Source of the DNA: an uncultured Gemmatimonadales bacterium
GTDB taxonomy: Bacteria; Gemmatimonadota; Gemmatimonadetes; Gemmatimonadales; GWC2-71-9
Reading direction: 5' to 3'
DNA: 64,000 nt
NCBI GenBank assembly: GCA_963847895.1
Contig: CAWKBO010000006.1
Coordinates: 83,451-147,450, forward strand
The translations under genes were made by a program, and so were the position numbers. The notes under the pieces were generated by a model, which worked only from the letters and a program-made list of their open reading frames with translations, was not told where the DNA came from and searched no databases. Below, in pieces: positions 35,068-44,392 of this stretch (its first letter is position 1; every line of letters begins with the position of its first letter).

Positions 35068-37116
35068 CTAGCGGCCGAGGTCGATGCTGAGGCCGGCGAT
35101 GAGCCGTCGCCCGCCGCCGGGTTCCACCACCCGTCCGAAGCCGCCATTGGCCACCACGCCTGCGACGAATCGACGGTCGAAGAGGTTCTGCACCGCCAGC
35201 GAGGTGGACACCCCGCTGCTGACCTGCCATCGGGCCGCAAGGTTGATGACTCCGGGACCCCATCCCGGTACGACGATCGTGTGGTCGTCGTCGGCGGAGA
35301 CGCTGCTCGACCATTCCTGATCGATGTCGAGCGCCAGCGCACCGCGCTGGAATGCCGCCCCGAGGCGTGCCGTCATTCGCGCCACCCCCGGAAGCGGATT
35401 GCCGGCAATGGAGCTTCCGTTCGCATCGCGCGCGCCCTTCCCGAAGCTGGCGTCGATCCAGGTCCCGGTTGCCCGAAGGCCGAGCCCGGGCGTTGGGGTC
35501 CAGGCACCACCAAGCTCCACCCCGGCGCGATGTGTCGTGCCGACGTTGGCGAAGTAGCTCCGACCACCCTCCTCGGCGATCGGCAGGATGGCGTCGCGGG
35601 TCTCGGCCCGGAACGCGGTGGCCTCCGCCTGCACGGTGCCACGCACCAGTCTCGCGCCGATTTCCACGCTGAGCGTGCGGGCCGGATCGAGGTCGTGATT
35701 GAGACCCGTCGAGCCATCGGGCCGATTCGCGAGCTCGGTCGTCGTGGGCGTCTCGAAGGCCGTTGCCACGCCGAGCCATACCGTGTGGCCACCCGCGGCA
35801 TGACTGAGCACCGCGTCGCCGCTCCAGGCCGCCAGCACGCGCGAGCCACCGGCAGCGGCGTCGAGATGGTCGGTCACCGCGAAGGCCACCCGGTCGCGGC
35901 GAACCCCGGCCCGAAGCCCGAGTGCCGAACCGATCGGCACGGAGAACTGCCCGAACATCCCGGCTTCGCTGGTGCGCTCCTGTTGATCGAGGAAGGGGTC
36001 GCCGCTCGGGATCCCCGCGTCGTGACGGCGATTCACCCGGTCATCGCGCTGATGCTGGAGGTCCACGCCGCCAGTGAACAGGACCCGACCCACGCGGGTG
36101 GACAGGCTGCCTCGCAGGCCCTCCACCGCGCGCTCGATCCCGATCCAGATCCCCTCGCTCGCCCTTGCTGGCGCTGGGGCAGGGGCAGCGATCGGATTCT
36201 CGAGCGAGCGACCCAGCACCCAGGCATGGAGCTCACTCCGTATCGGACCGGCGTCGCGCCGCCATCCCAGCGCGAGTTGCGATTGCCGCAGCGACTTGCC
36301 GGCGTTGCGCAGCACCGAAGTGGGTGAGGCGCTGGTCGGATCGTCCCGCCACTCCGCAAGGGTGAGGGCGCCAGGGCTCTCGAGGTGCGGGTCGTCGGCG
36401 TGGTCGGCGCGCAGCGTCACGGTCGCGTCCGGTGCGACTTGCCAGTCGACGGCACCGTGGAGGCGCCACTGTCGGGCGGTGGCGTGGGCGCGCGACCCGT
36501 CGGTGGCGAGCCGGTTGGCCGACAACGAGCCGCCGAGGCGCCGCCCGCCGCCGCCGAGCACCAGCCAGTTCCGGAGCGTCGACTCGCCGCCACCATCGGT
36601 TCCTGCGCGCACCTGCCACGGACCGTCCGGCCTTGCCGCGGTGGTGATCGCCACCACTCCCTCGGTGCCGTTGCCGTGCAGCGCCGCCAGCGGACCGCGC
36701 ACCACCTCGATCCGCTCGGCGAGGTCGAGGGCGAGCACAGTCAGGGGAGTCTGGCCGTCGGGCAGCGTGGCGGGCACGCCATCGACCAGCACCCGGATCC
36801 CCCGCACGCCAAAATTGGCCCGGGCGCCGGCGCCGCGGATCGCGAGGCGCTGGTCGAGCGAGTGATCGCCCCGATCGCGCGCGACCACCCCAGGGACGAA
36901 GGCGAGCGCTTCGTCGAGGCCGGGCAGGTTTCGTGAGCGGCGAAGCGCCTCGCGGCCAAGCACGGTGAGGGCGAGTCCCGCCGTCGTCGGGTCCATCGCG
37001 GTCCGGACCACGACCAGCTCGGGAAGCACCACGGCGGAGTCCGTCCGCTGGGCGGCAAGCGGGCCGCCGAGGCACAGCGCCGGCGTGAGCAGGAGGAGAC
37101 CTCGGCGAGATGTCAT
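35068..37116 (-). CDS. TonB-dependent receptor
   Basis: Signal peptide MTSRRGLLLLTPALCLGGPLAAQ, plug-like N-terminus, beta-barrel-type C-terminus (VQNLFDRRFV...). ATG at 37116. Confidence 0.8.
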   Translation of the reverse strand: MTSRRGLLLLTPALCLGGPLAAQRTDSAVVLPELVVVRTAMDPTTAGLALTVLGREALRRSRNLPGLDEALAFVPGVVARDRGDHSLDQRLAIRGAGARANFGVRGIRVLVDGVPATLPDGQTPLTVLALDLAERIEVVRGPLAALHGNGTEGVVAITTAARPDGPWQVRAGTDGGGESTLRNWLVLGGGGRRLGGSLSANRLATDGSRAHATARQWRLHGAVDWQVAPDATVTLRADHADDPHLESPGALTLAEWRDDPTSASPTSVLRNAGKSLRQSQLALGWRRDAGPIRSELHAWVLGRSLENPIAAPAPAPARASEGIWIGIERAVEGLRGSLSTRVGRVLFTGGVDLQHQRDDRVNRRHDAGIPSGDPFLDQQERTSEAGMFGQFSVPIGSALGLRAGVRRDRVAFAVTDHLDAAAGGSRVLAAWSGDAVLSHAAGGHTVWLGVATAFETPTTTELANRPDGSTGLNHDLDPARTLSVEIGARLVRGTVQAEATAFRAETRDAILPIAEEGGRSYFANVGTTHRAGVELGGAWTPTPGLGLRATGTWIDASFGKGARDANGSSIAGNPLPGVARMTARLGAAFQRGALALDIDQEWSSSVSADDDHTIVVPGWGPGVINLAARWQVSSGVSTSLAVQNLFDRRFVAGVVANGGFGRVVEPGGGRRLIAGLSIDLGR

Positions 37117-37199
37117 GCCGGGCAAACTCGCCCTGGGGTGATGGGTCGCCAAGGCCGCGGCTTGTCCCCGCTCCCTGCCGCGGCCTAGCTTACTCGCCC

Positions 37200-38279
37200 A
37201 TGAGCTGGCTTCCCGACGTGACCCGCGCCCCGTTCCACGACGCCCCGGTGGCACAATTCGCCCCTGCGCCGGCCGACGGCGTCCTCCCCGAGGGGTTCTT
37301 CTCCACCTCCAATCTGCCGACCTACATCCGGCTCGAGCATGGCTGGGTCGCGCCGAGCCGGCCGAGGATGGACGGTGCGGTGGTGCGTCGGGGTGACGCG
37401 CTGGAGACGCTGGAGCCGCGCAAGGTGCGCCGGGGCGAGCCGGTGCTGGTGGGGCTGCGGGAGCATGGCGAGGACGGTGTCGTGGTGTACACCGAGGGAT
37501 TCCTGGCGGCGACCCACTCGGCGAACGAATTCTCCTTCATGAGCACCGATGTCTCGCGCGAGCGACCGGTGAACTACGAGGACATCGCGGCGCGGTTGGT
37601 GGCCCAGCGCGATGGCGGCGGCTACCTGCTCTGGGTTGCCGGTCCGGCGGTGGTGCATTCGCGGGCCCGGAACGACTTCGAGTGGTTCGTCCGCGAGGGC
37701 TTCGTGCAGGCGGTGCTCGCCGGCAACGCGGTGGCGGTGCACGACATCGAGGCGGCGATCTTCGGCACCACGCTCGGCATGAACAACGCCGGCCGGCCGA
37801 CGTCCGGTGGGCACGGCACCCACATGCGCGCGATCAATGCAGTCCGCGCCGCCGGCAGCATCGAGGCCGCCGTGGCCGGCGGCACCATCGGCAGTGGAAT
37901 CATGCACGCCCTGGTCACCACCGGCACGCCATACGTGCTCGCCGGATCGATCCGTGATGACGGACCACTCCCCGGCGTGATCACCGACGCCGGGGAGGCC
38001 CAGGACGCGATGCGCGAGCACACCGTGCGCGCCACCGGAGCGGTGTTCGTCGCCACCGCGCTGCACGCGATCGCGGTCGGCAACATGCTCCCCTCGTTTC
38101 ACACCAACACCCCTGACGGCCATCCGGAGCCGTTGCTCACCATCTGTGTCGACCAGACGGAGTTCGTCGTGACCAAGCTGAAGGACCGCGGGACCCACCA
38201 GGCCTACGGTGTGGTGACCAATGCCCAGGACTTCATGCACGTGCTCCGCCACTTCGTGGAACGATGCTCCCGGAACTGA
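37200..38279 (+). CDS. TIGR00300/LOR-SDH-like family protein (archaeal-type ornithine cyclodeaminase homolog?)
   Basis: VLAGNAVAVHDIEAAIFGTTLG...GHGTHMRAIN...GSIRDDGPLPGV resembles that family from memory; needs an HMM check. Confidence 0.45.
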   Translation: MSWLPDVTRAPFHDAPVAQFAPAPADGVLPEGFFSTSNLPTYIRLEHGWVAPSRPRMDGAVVRRGDALETLEPRKVRRGEPVLVGLREHGEDGVVVYTEGFLAATHSANEFSFMSTDVSRERPVNYEDIAARLVAQRDGGGYLLWVAGPAVVHSRARNDFEWFVREGFVQAVLAGNAVAVHDIEAAIFGTTLGMNNAGRPTSGGHGTHMRAINAVRAAGSIEAAVAGGTIGSGIMHALVTTGTPYVLAGSIRDDGPLPGVITDAGEAQDAMREHTVRATGAVFVATALHAIAVGNMLPSFHTNTPDGHPEPLLTICVDQTEFVVTKLKDRGTHQAYGVVTNAQDFMHVLRHFVERCSRN

Positions 38280-38701
38280 GCCTCGGCCCGGGCGAGGGCG
38301 AGCGCTGGGAGCGGCTCGCCGACTGGCTCCGCGACCAGGTCCCGGTCGATGAGGTCGACGGCATCTGGGTATTCCGGGTGGTGCGGCGCGAGCAGAGTGA
38401 GTACGGCACCGCTGTCCTCTCCCTGGTGAGCGGTGACCGCCGGCGGATCCTCACCGCGCGCTACGTCGCCACGATCAAGGGACGGGAGCGTGGCGGCTTC
38501 GAGACCGCGCTCACCGAGGTCGGCAGCGGTCCGCTGGAGGCACTGCACGAGCTCCTCGCCCTGGTGCCGATCCGGGCCGACGATGAGGACCCGCCTGCCG
38601 AGGTGGCCCCGGGGCGGTGGTTCCCACCGCTCCCGGAGCCCGACCCGAGTGAGCACGCCGATCCGAGCGACGCGGTGGCCGCCGATGCCGGTGGAGCCTG
38701 A
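38264..38701 (+). CDS. Hypothetical protein
   Basis: 145-aa ORF overlapping both neighbours by a few codons; no motif recognised. Confidence 0.4.
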   Translation: MLPELSLGPGEGERWERLADWLRDQVPVDEVDGIWVFRVVRREQSEYGTAVLSLVSGDRRRILTARYVATIKGRERGGFETALTEVGSGPLEALHELLALVPIRADDEDPPAEVAPGRWFPPLPEPDPSEHADPSDAVAADAGGA

Positions 38702-39173
38702 GGCAACCCGTGAACTGGCGCAGCGCTTCCGGCGCTGGCTTCGCGACCGGCACCAGCCGGTCACCCGGCCGCGCGACCGGGTCGCCCAGGTGATCTTCGC
38801 GAGCGATCGTCACCTCTCGGCCGACGAGGTCGCCGAGCGACTGCGCCAGGACGGCTCCCCGATCGGGACCGCCACCATCTACCGGGCCCTCGACACCCTG
38901 GTCGAGGCCGGCTTCGCCCGCGCCCACGATTTCGGTGAGGGATTCCGCCGCTACGAGACGCTGCATCCCGGCACTCAGCACGGCCACCTCATCTGCACTC
39001 GTTGTGGTGGAGTCACCGAGTTCAGCCTCGACCGGATGGAACGCCCGCTGGCCCTGCTGGCCGATGAGCACGGCTTCGTGGTGGAGCGCAACCGCGTCGA
39101 GCTGCACGGACTCTGCCAGGGGTGTCGGCGCCGGGGCATTGGCGCACTGGCGCGCGCGGGGAGCGGTCGATGA
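38685..39173 (+). CDS. fur: Fur-family transcriptional regulator
   Basis: SADEVAERLR...IGTATIYRALDTLVEAG...HGHLICTRCGGVTEF...HGLCQGC. Confidence 0.88.
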   Translation: MPVEPEATRELAQRFRRWLRDRHQPVTRPRDRVAQVIFASDRHLSADEVAERLRQDGSPIGTATIYRALDTLVEAGFARAHDFGEGFRRYETLHPGTQHGHLICTRCGGVTEFSLDRMERPLALLADEHGFVVERNRVELHGLCQGCRRRGIGALARAGSGR

Positions 39174-39898
39174 ACGAGTCCGTCAGTCTCGGACCGCTGG
39201 TCGCCTTCCTCGGTGGCCTGCTCTCGTTCCTCTCGCCCTGCGTGCTGCCCCTGGTGCCGTCCTATCTCGGCTTCCTCACCGGAATGACCCTCGAGGAAAT
39301 GGAGGACAAGCGGCACTGGGCCGTGTTGCACGCGCTCGCCTTCATCGCTGGCTTCTCGCTCGTCTTCATTGCACTCGGTGCCGGGGCCACCGCCCTCGGC
39401 TCGACGCTGCTCTACCACAAGCAGACGCTGGCCCGGGTCGGTGGGGTGGTGATCATCCTGTTCGGGATCTACGCCACCGGGATCGTTCACTTCGGCTTCA
39501 TGGAACGTGAGCGCAAGGTCCACCTTGATCGGAAGCCGATGGGCTTCTTCGGATCGCTCTTCGTCGGGATGGCATTCGCATTCGGTTGGACCCCGTGCCT
39601 CGGCCCGATCCTCGCTGGGATCCTGGCGCTGGCCGGGGTCGGGGGTGACCTCTCGCGGGGGATGCTGTTGCTCGCTGCCTATTCGGCTGGGCTGGCGGTG
39701 CCCTTCCTGATCGCTGCCGTGGCGGTCGACAAGTTCCGTGACTGGTTCCAGCGGTTCCGGCGCTGGCTCCCCTGGGTGCAACGGGCCAGCGGGATCCTCC
39801 TGATCCTCGTGGGGTTGTTGCTGGTGACCGGAGAGTTCACCCGACTGGCACAGCTCCTCAACGGCGTGACGCCGGAGTGGCTCCGCTCACGGCTCTAG
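39170..39898 (+). CDS. ccdA: Cytochrome c biogenesis / thiol-disulfide transporter CcdA (DsbD-like TM protein)
   Basis: LSFLSPCVLPLVPSYLGFLTG...GWTPCLGPIL; ATGA overlap with fur. Confidence 0.88.
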   Translation: MNESVSLGPLVAFLGGLLSFLSPCVLPLVPSYLGFLTGMTLEEMEDKRHWAVLHALAFIAGFSLVFIALGAGATALGSTLLYHKQTLARVGGVVIILFGIYATGIVHFGFMERERKVHLDRKPMGFFGSLFVGMAFAFGWTPCLGPILAGILALAGVGGDLSRGMLLLAAYSAGLAVPFLIAAVAVDKFRDWFQRFRRWLPWVQRASGILLILVGLLLVTGEFTRLAQLLNGVTPEWLRSRL

Positions 39899-40092
39899 GG
39901 CCATTGTGCGGCCGTCGCGATGAGAAACGTCTCCTAGCTGTGGACGGCGACCCGCCCTTGGGGTGGAGAGCCGGTCCGATCACACTGCATTCCCGGCGAT
40001 GGCAGCGGCTCGACGAGCCGCCCTCCGAGCGGTCCTGCCGCTTCGGGGGCTGGGTGGCATGGCCACCGCCACGTCGTCACCATGGAGAGGAT

Positions 40093-40929
40093 ATGTCACG
40101 AGGACATGAGCTGATGAAGGTCACGGCGGTACTGGTGCTGGTCGCGTGTGGCGGCGGGGACAAGGGGCTGGCCCCCGGCGACACCACCGCGATGCTCAAC
40201 GACTCGCTGGTGCCGATCGCCGACCAGGCGCTGTTGCCCGACTCCTCCCCGCCGGCCCCGCCGGAGACGGTGTACGTGGATCATGGCACGCCACCACCCG
40301 CGTCACGGCCGGCACCATCGCGCACCACGCCGAGCCCCGCGCCGGTCCCCTCCCCGGCGCCGGCGTCGACTCCACCGCCGGCTCCGGCCCCCGCGCCGGC
40401 CGTGCCACAACTGGCGAGCGGCACCAAGCTCAACACCGTGACCCTCGACACCATCAGCTCGCGCACCAACAAGGCCGGTGACCAGGTGCGCGTGCGGGTC
40501 GCCAGCGACGTGGTGGATGCCGACGGAGTCACCGTGATTCCGGCCGGGTCCATCGTCACGCTCGCGATCGTCGAGATCGCCCCTGCCGCCAACAAGGGTG
40601 GCGTCGGGACGCTCACCCTCAGCGCACGCACCGTCACCATCAACGGAACCAGCGTTCCGATCACGGCGCGGGCGACCGACTACGCCTTCGAGATGCGGGG
40701 ACGCGGGGTGACCGGTCGCGAAGTCGCCAAGACCGGAGCCGGCGCCGCCGCCGGAGCGATCATCGGGCGGGTGATCGGTGGCAAGAAGGGCACCGTGATC
40801 GGCGCGGTCGGCGGTGCCGCCGCTGGCGCGGCCGTGGCGGATGCCACCCAGGACCGCGACATCGTGGTCGACGCCGGCAGCGCGATGGTGCTCACGCTGC
40901 GCGACGAGTTCAGCCGGACGGCACCATGA
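40093..40929 (+). CDS. Lipoprotein with a Pro-rich linker and a C-terminal glycine-zipper segment
   Basis: Lipobox LVLVAC; PAPSRTTPSPAPVPSPAPASTPPPAPAPAPA; GAGAAAGAIIGRVIGGKKGTVIGAVGGAAAGAAVA. The start is 40093 or 40114. Confidence 0.65.
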   Translation: MSRGHELMKVTAVLVLVACGGGDKGLAPGDTTAMLNDSLVPIADQALLPDSSPPAPPETVYVDHGTPPPASRPAPSRTTPSPAPVPSPAPASTPPPAPAPAPAVPQLASGTKLNTVTLDTISSRTNKAGDQVRVRVASDVVDADGVTVIPAGSIVTLAIVEIAPAANKGGVGTLTLSARTVTINGTSVPITARATDYAFEMRGRGVTGREVAKTGAGAAAGAIIGRVIGGKKGTVIGAVGGAAAGAAVADATQDRDIVVDAGSAMVLTLRDEFSRTAP

Positions 40930-41522
40930 GGACGCGCCTCCTGATGCTCGGCCTCAGCGCCGCACTCGGCGCGACAACCGGCTGCGGCGGGGTGACCGGC
41001 AGCGGCCCGCAGCTTTCCGAGGGCACCCAGATTGTGGCAAACTTCACCGCCGCGGTCTCCTCGCGCGAGAATCATGTCGGTGACAAGGTCGCCGTGAAGG
41101 TGAACCGGGATGTCGCCGACTCCGCCGGTCGAGTCGTGATCCCGGCGGGGTCCACCATCGACCTGACCATCACCGCCATCGAACCGGCTGCCCACAAGGG
41201 TGGTGAGGGGATCCTCACCTTCGGCGTCGGCGACGTGACGGTCGGCGGTTCGTCGCACGGGCTCGACGCCGAGGTCGTCGACTTTGCCCACGAGATGCGC
41301 GGCAGTGGGGTTGGCGCCGCCGAAGTGGGCAAGACCGCGGCCGGTGGCGTGGCAGGGGCCATCATCGGTCACGCCGTCGGCGGCGACAAGGGCACCGCGG
41401 TTGGCGCCGTGGGTGGCGCTGCGGCCGGCGCGGCGGTGGCCGACTACTCCCAGGATCGCGACATCGTCGTCGCGGCGGGGAACCGGGTCACGCTCAGGCT
41501 CACGGGCGCGTTCAGGGGATAG
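40926..41522 (+). CDS. Paralogous glycine-zipper lipoprotein
   Basis: Lipobox GATTGC; same domain order as 40093..40929 (IPAGS...L.I..IEPAA.KGG..., GAIIGHAVGGDKGTAVGAVGGAAAGAAVA). Confidence 0.65.
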   Translation: MRTRLLMLGLSAALGATTGCGGVTGSGPQLSEGTQIVANFTAAVSSRENHVGDKVAVKVNRDVADSAGRVVIPAGSTIDLTITAIEPAAHKGGEGILTFGVGDVTVGGSSHGLDAEVVDFAHEMRGSGVGAAEVGKTAAGGVAGAIIGHAVGGDKGTAVGAVGGAAAGAAVADYSQDRDIVVAAGNRVTLRLTGAFRG

Positions 41523-41626
41523 ACGGGGACAGAGGACGGAGGACGGAGGACGGAGGACGGAGGACAGAGGACGGAGAACAGCAATCTCTGATCTCCGTCC
41601 TCTGTCCTCCGTCCTCCGTCCTCTGT
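41523..41626. repeat. Heptamer-array hairpin: (GGACGGA/GGACAGA)x7 facing (TCCGTCC/TCTGTCC)x5
   Basis: About 35-bp stem with one mismatch and a 14-nt loop. Occupies the entire gap between convergent stops (41522 and 41627). Confidence 0.92.
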
Positions 41627-43357
41627 TCAGTATCCGGCTCCGCCGCCTCCACTGCGCGGATCGCTCACACCGACCCAGCCGGTGGCGGTGCGCATGATCG
41701 CCTCGAAGTCGCCCCAGCTGCCGCCGATCTCGAGATGGTGCCCCAACGCTCGCAGGGCATCGAGAGTCGCCTCGGCGAAGCCGTCGGGTCCCTCGAGGCG
41801 CAGCTCGTCGGGGAGCGCCTGGTGATGGCTGCGTGGTGCCGCGACGGCGTCGGCCAGTGACATCCGGTGGTCGATCACGTTGCTGATCACATGGAAGACC
41901 TGGGTGATGATCGTCGGGCCACCCGGCGAGCCGACCACCATCCGCAACTCACCGCTCGGGTCGACCACCACGCTGGGCGTCATCGCCGAGAGCATCCGCT
42001 TGCCGGGCTCGATCGCGTTCACCTCGCCCTGCACCAGGCCGAAGCCGTTGGGCTTGCCGGGCGCGGCGGCGAAGTCATCCATCTCGTCGTTGAGCAGGAA
42101 CCCGGCACCGGAAACGGTCACCTTGGAGCCGTAGCTGAAGTTCAGCGTCGTGGTGGTCGACACCGCGTTGCCCTCGGCGTCGACCACCGAGTAGTGCGTG
42201 GTGTTGTTGCCGTCGCGAATCGACGGATCGAACGGCGGGGTCGGCGTCGCATGATTCGGGTCGATCGTGGAGCGCAGCGAGTCGAGGTGTGCCTTCGACA
42301 GCATCCACTCCAGCGGCACCGACTCGAAATCCGGGTCGCCAAGGAAGCGGTTGCGGTCGGTGAACGCCCGACGCATCGCCTCCGCCTCGAGGTGCATCAA
42401 CTGCGGCGTCCCGAAATCGGGAAGCGGGTCGTACGGTTCCAGGAGCTTGAGGATCATCGCCAGCGTCACGCCACCCGACGAGGCCGGCGGCATCGAGTGG
42501 ATCGTCCAGCCCCGATAGGTGACCGTGATCGGCGTCCGCCACTTGGCCTGGTACCCCTCGAGATCGGCATGGGTGATGATCCCGTCGCCGCGCGCCATCT
42601 CGGCCACGATCGAGTCGGCGACCCAGCCACGGTAAAAGCCGTCGCGGCCCTCCCGCTTGATCGACTCGAGGGTCCGCGCCAAGTCGGGCTGCTTGAGGAG
42701 GTAACCGTCCGGCGGACCCGCAGTGCCGTCGGGCAGGAACTGGCGTGCCGAGGCGGGAAACTGGGCCAGCCGTCGAGCCGAGGCGCGAATCGACCCGGCG
42801 TGATGGCTGTCGAGCACGAAGCCGTCGCGCGCGAGCCGTATCGCCGGGTCGATCACCTGGGCGAGTGTCAGTCGACCGAAGCGACGGTGCGCCTCGAGCA
42901 TCCCTGCCACCGCGCCCGGCACCCCGGCTGCCAGGTGCCCGGTGAGCGACTTGCCATTGAGCTCGCCGTGCTCGTCGAGGTACATGTCCCGGCTCGCGGC
43001 AGCCGGGGCGGTCTCGCGGTAGTCGAGCGCCTGGACCTCGCCGCTGCGCATCCGCATCACCATGAAGCCACCGCCGCCGATGTTGCCCGCGGCCGGATGG
43101 ACCACTGCCAGCGCGAAGCCGACCGCGACGGCCGCGTCGACCGCGTTGCCACCAGCCTCGAGCACATCGCGGCCGACCGCACTGGCGATCGGGGAAGACG
43201 ACACCACCATGGCGTGCTGCCCCTCGGCCACTGGCGCCTTGCCGGTGTAGCGCCAGTCGGGAGGCAGGACGCTCGTCTGTTGTGCCGGTGCGACCGCGAG
43301 GGGCGATACCAGCAGGAGGAGGGCCGGAAGGAGGTGCGCGAGGCGGCGATGGGGCAT
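41627..43357 (-). CDS. ggt: Gamma-glutamyltransferase
   Basis: Signal peptide, then NIGGGGFMV...; catalytic-Thr region NTTHYSVVDAEGNAVSTTTTLN. Confidence 0.93.
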   Translation of the reverse strand: MPHRRLAHLLPALLLLVSPLAVAPAQQTSVLPPDWRYTGKAPVAEGQHAMVVSSSPIASAVGRDVLEAGGNAVDAAVAVGFALAVVHPAAGNIGGGGFMVMRMRSGEVQALDYRETAPAAASRDMYLDEHGELNGKSLTGHLAAGVPGAVAGMLEAHRRFGRLTLAQVIDPAIRLARDGFVLDSHHAGSIRASARRLAQFPASARQFLPDGTAGPPDGYLLKQPDLARTLESIKREGRDGFYRGWVADSIVAEMARGDGIITHADLEGYQAKWRTPITVTYRGWTIHSMPPASSGGVTLAMILKLLEPYDPLPDFGTPQLMHLEAEAMRRAFTDRNRFLGDPDFESVPLEWMLSKAHLDSLRSTIDPNHATPTPPFDPSIRDGNNTTHYSVVDAEGNAVSTTTTLNFSYGSKVTVSGAGFLLNDEMDDFAAAPGKPNGFGLVQGEVNAIEPGKRMLSAMTPSVVVDPSGELRMVVGSPGGPTIITQVFHVISNVIDHRMSLADAVAAPRSHHQALPDELRLEGPDGFAEATLDALRALGHHLEIGGSWGDFEAIMRTATGWVGVSDPRSGGGGAGY

Positions 43358-43462
43358 GGCTACGGCTCGGATAGAGGGGACGGGCGGGGGATGCCGTGGT
43401 CCGGCAGCGGGTGGCCACGTAAGTTAAGCCGCAATGAAGCCGATGCCACCAGCCCGGGCCCG

Positions 43463-44392
43463 GTGCCCTTGATCCCACCCCTCCCACCGCGCGACACCGA
43501 GCGGCGCAACCCGCGGTCGGTCGACATCGACGAACTCGAGCCGGGGGCCCTCGTCGATCTCTTCCTCGCCGAGGATGCCACCGTCCCCGCGGCAGTGCAC
43601 ACCGCACGCGACGCCATCGCCGCCGCTGTGCGCCTGGTCGAGGCGGCGTTTCGCGCCGGGCATCGGCTGTTCTATGTCGGCGCCGGGACCTCCGGTCGGC
43701 TGGGCGTGCTCGACGCCTCGGAATGCCCGCCCACCTTCGGGACCGATCCCGAGATGGTCCAGGGGATCATCGCCGGTGGCGAGGCGGCGCTGACCCGCTC
43801 CATCGAGGGGGCCGAGGACGACCCGAGCGCCGGGAGCGCCGCGCTCAGGGAGCGCGGGGCGGTCGCGGGCGATGTGGTGGTGGGGATCGCGGCCAGTGGG
43901 TCGACGCCGTTCGTGGTCGGGGCGCTCGAGGCCGCGCGGTCGCTTGGCTCGGCGACGGTCCTGGTGACCTGTGCCACGCCATCGCCCGAGGCTGCCCGGG
44001 TGGCCGATGTCCTGGTCCACGTCGACGTCGGCCCCGAACTGGTGACCGGAAGCACCCGGCTCAAGGCGGGTACTGCCACCAAGCTGGTACTCAACATGTT
44101 GACCACCGGGGCGCTGATCCGGATCGGCAAGACCTACGGGAACCTGATGGTCGACCTCGAGGCGCGGAACGCCAAGCTGCGCGATCGGGGCGAGCGGATC
44201 GTGATGGAGGTGCTCGGCGTCGATCGCCCCACGGCCCGCACGGCGATCGAGGGTGCGGGGGGCAGTGTGCGCACCGCGATCGTGATGGCCCGCTTCAGGA
44301 TCGGTCGGGATGACGCCGAAGCGCGGCTCGCCTCGGTCGACCGGCACCTGCGTCGCCTGCTCGGCCCGCCGCCGCGGCTGGAGTCACCATGA
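43463..44392 (+). CDS. murQ: N-acetylmuramic acid 6-phosphate etherase
   Basis: TERRNPRSVDID...YVGAGTSGRLGVLDASECPPTFG...TGSTRLKAGTATKLVLN. Start uncertain (GTG 43463 or ATG 43391). Confidence 0.88.
   Translation: MPLIPPLPPRDTERRNPRSVDIDELEPGALVDLFLAEDATVPAAVHTARDAIAAAVRLVEAAFRAGHRLFYVGAGTSGRLGVLDASECPPTFGTDPEMVQGIIAGGEAALTRSIEGAEDDPSAGSAALRERGAVAGDVVVGIAASGSTPFVVGALEAARSLGSATVLVTCATPSPEAARVADVLVHVDVGPELVTGSTRLKAGTATKLVLNMLTTGALIRIGKTYGNLMVDLEARNAKLRDRGERIVMEVLGVDRPTARTAIEGAGGSVRTAIVMARFRIGRDDAEARLASVDRHLRRLLGPPPRLESP

Noticed and set aside
37117-37199. Fur box in the divergent region between the TonB-dependent receptor and the downstream operon that contains fur
   Set aside because: The region is GC-rich with no AT-rich 19-bp palindrome resembling GATAATGATAATCATTATC.
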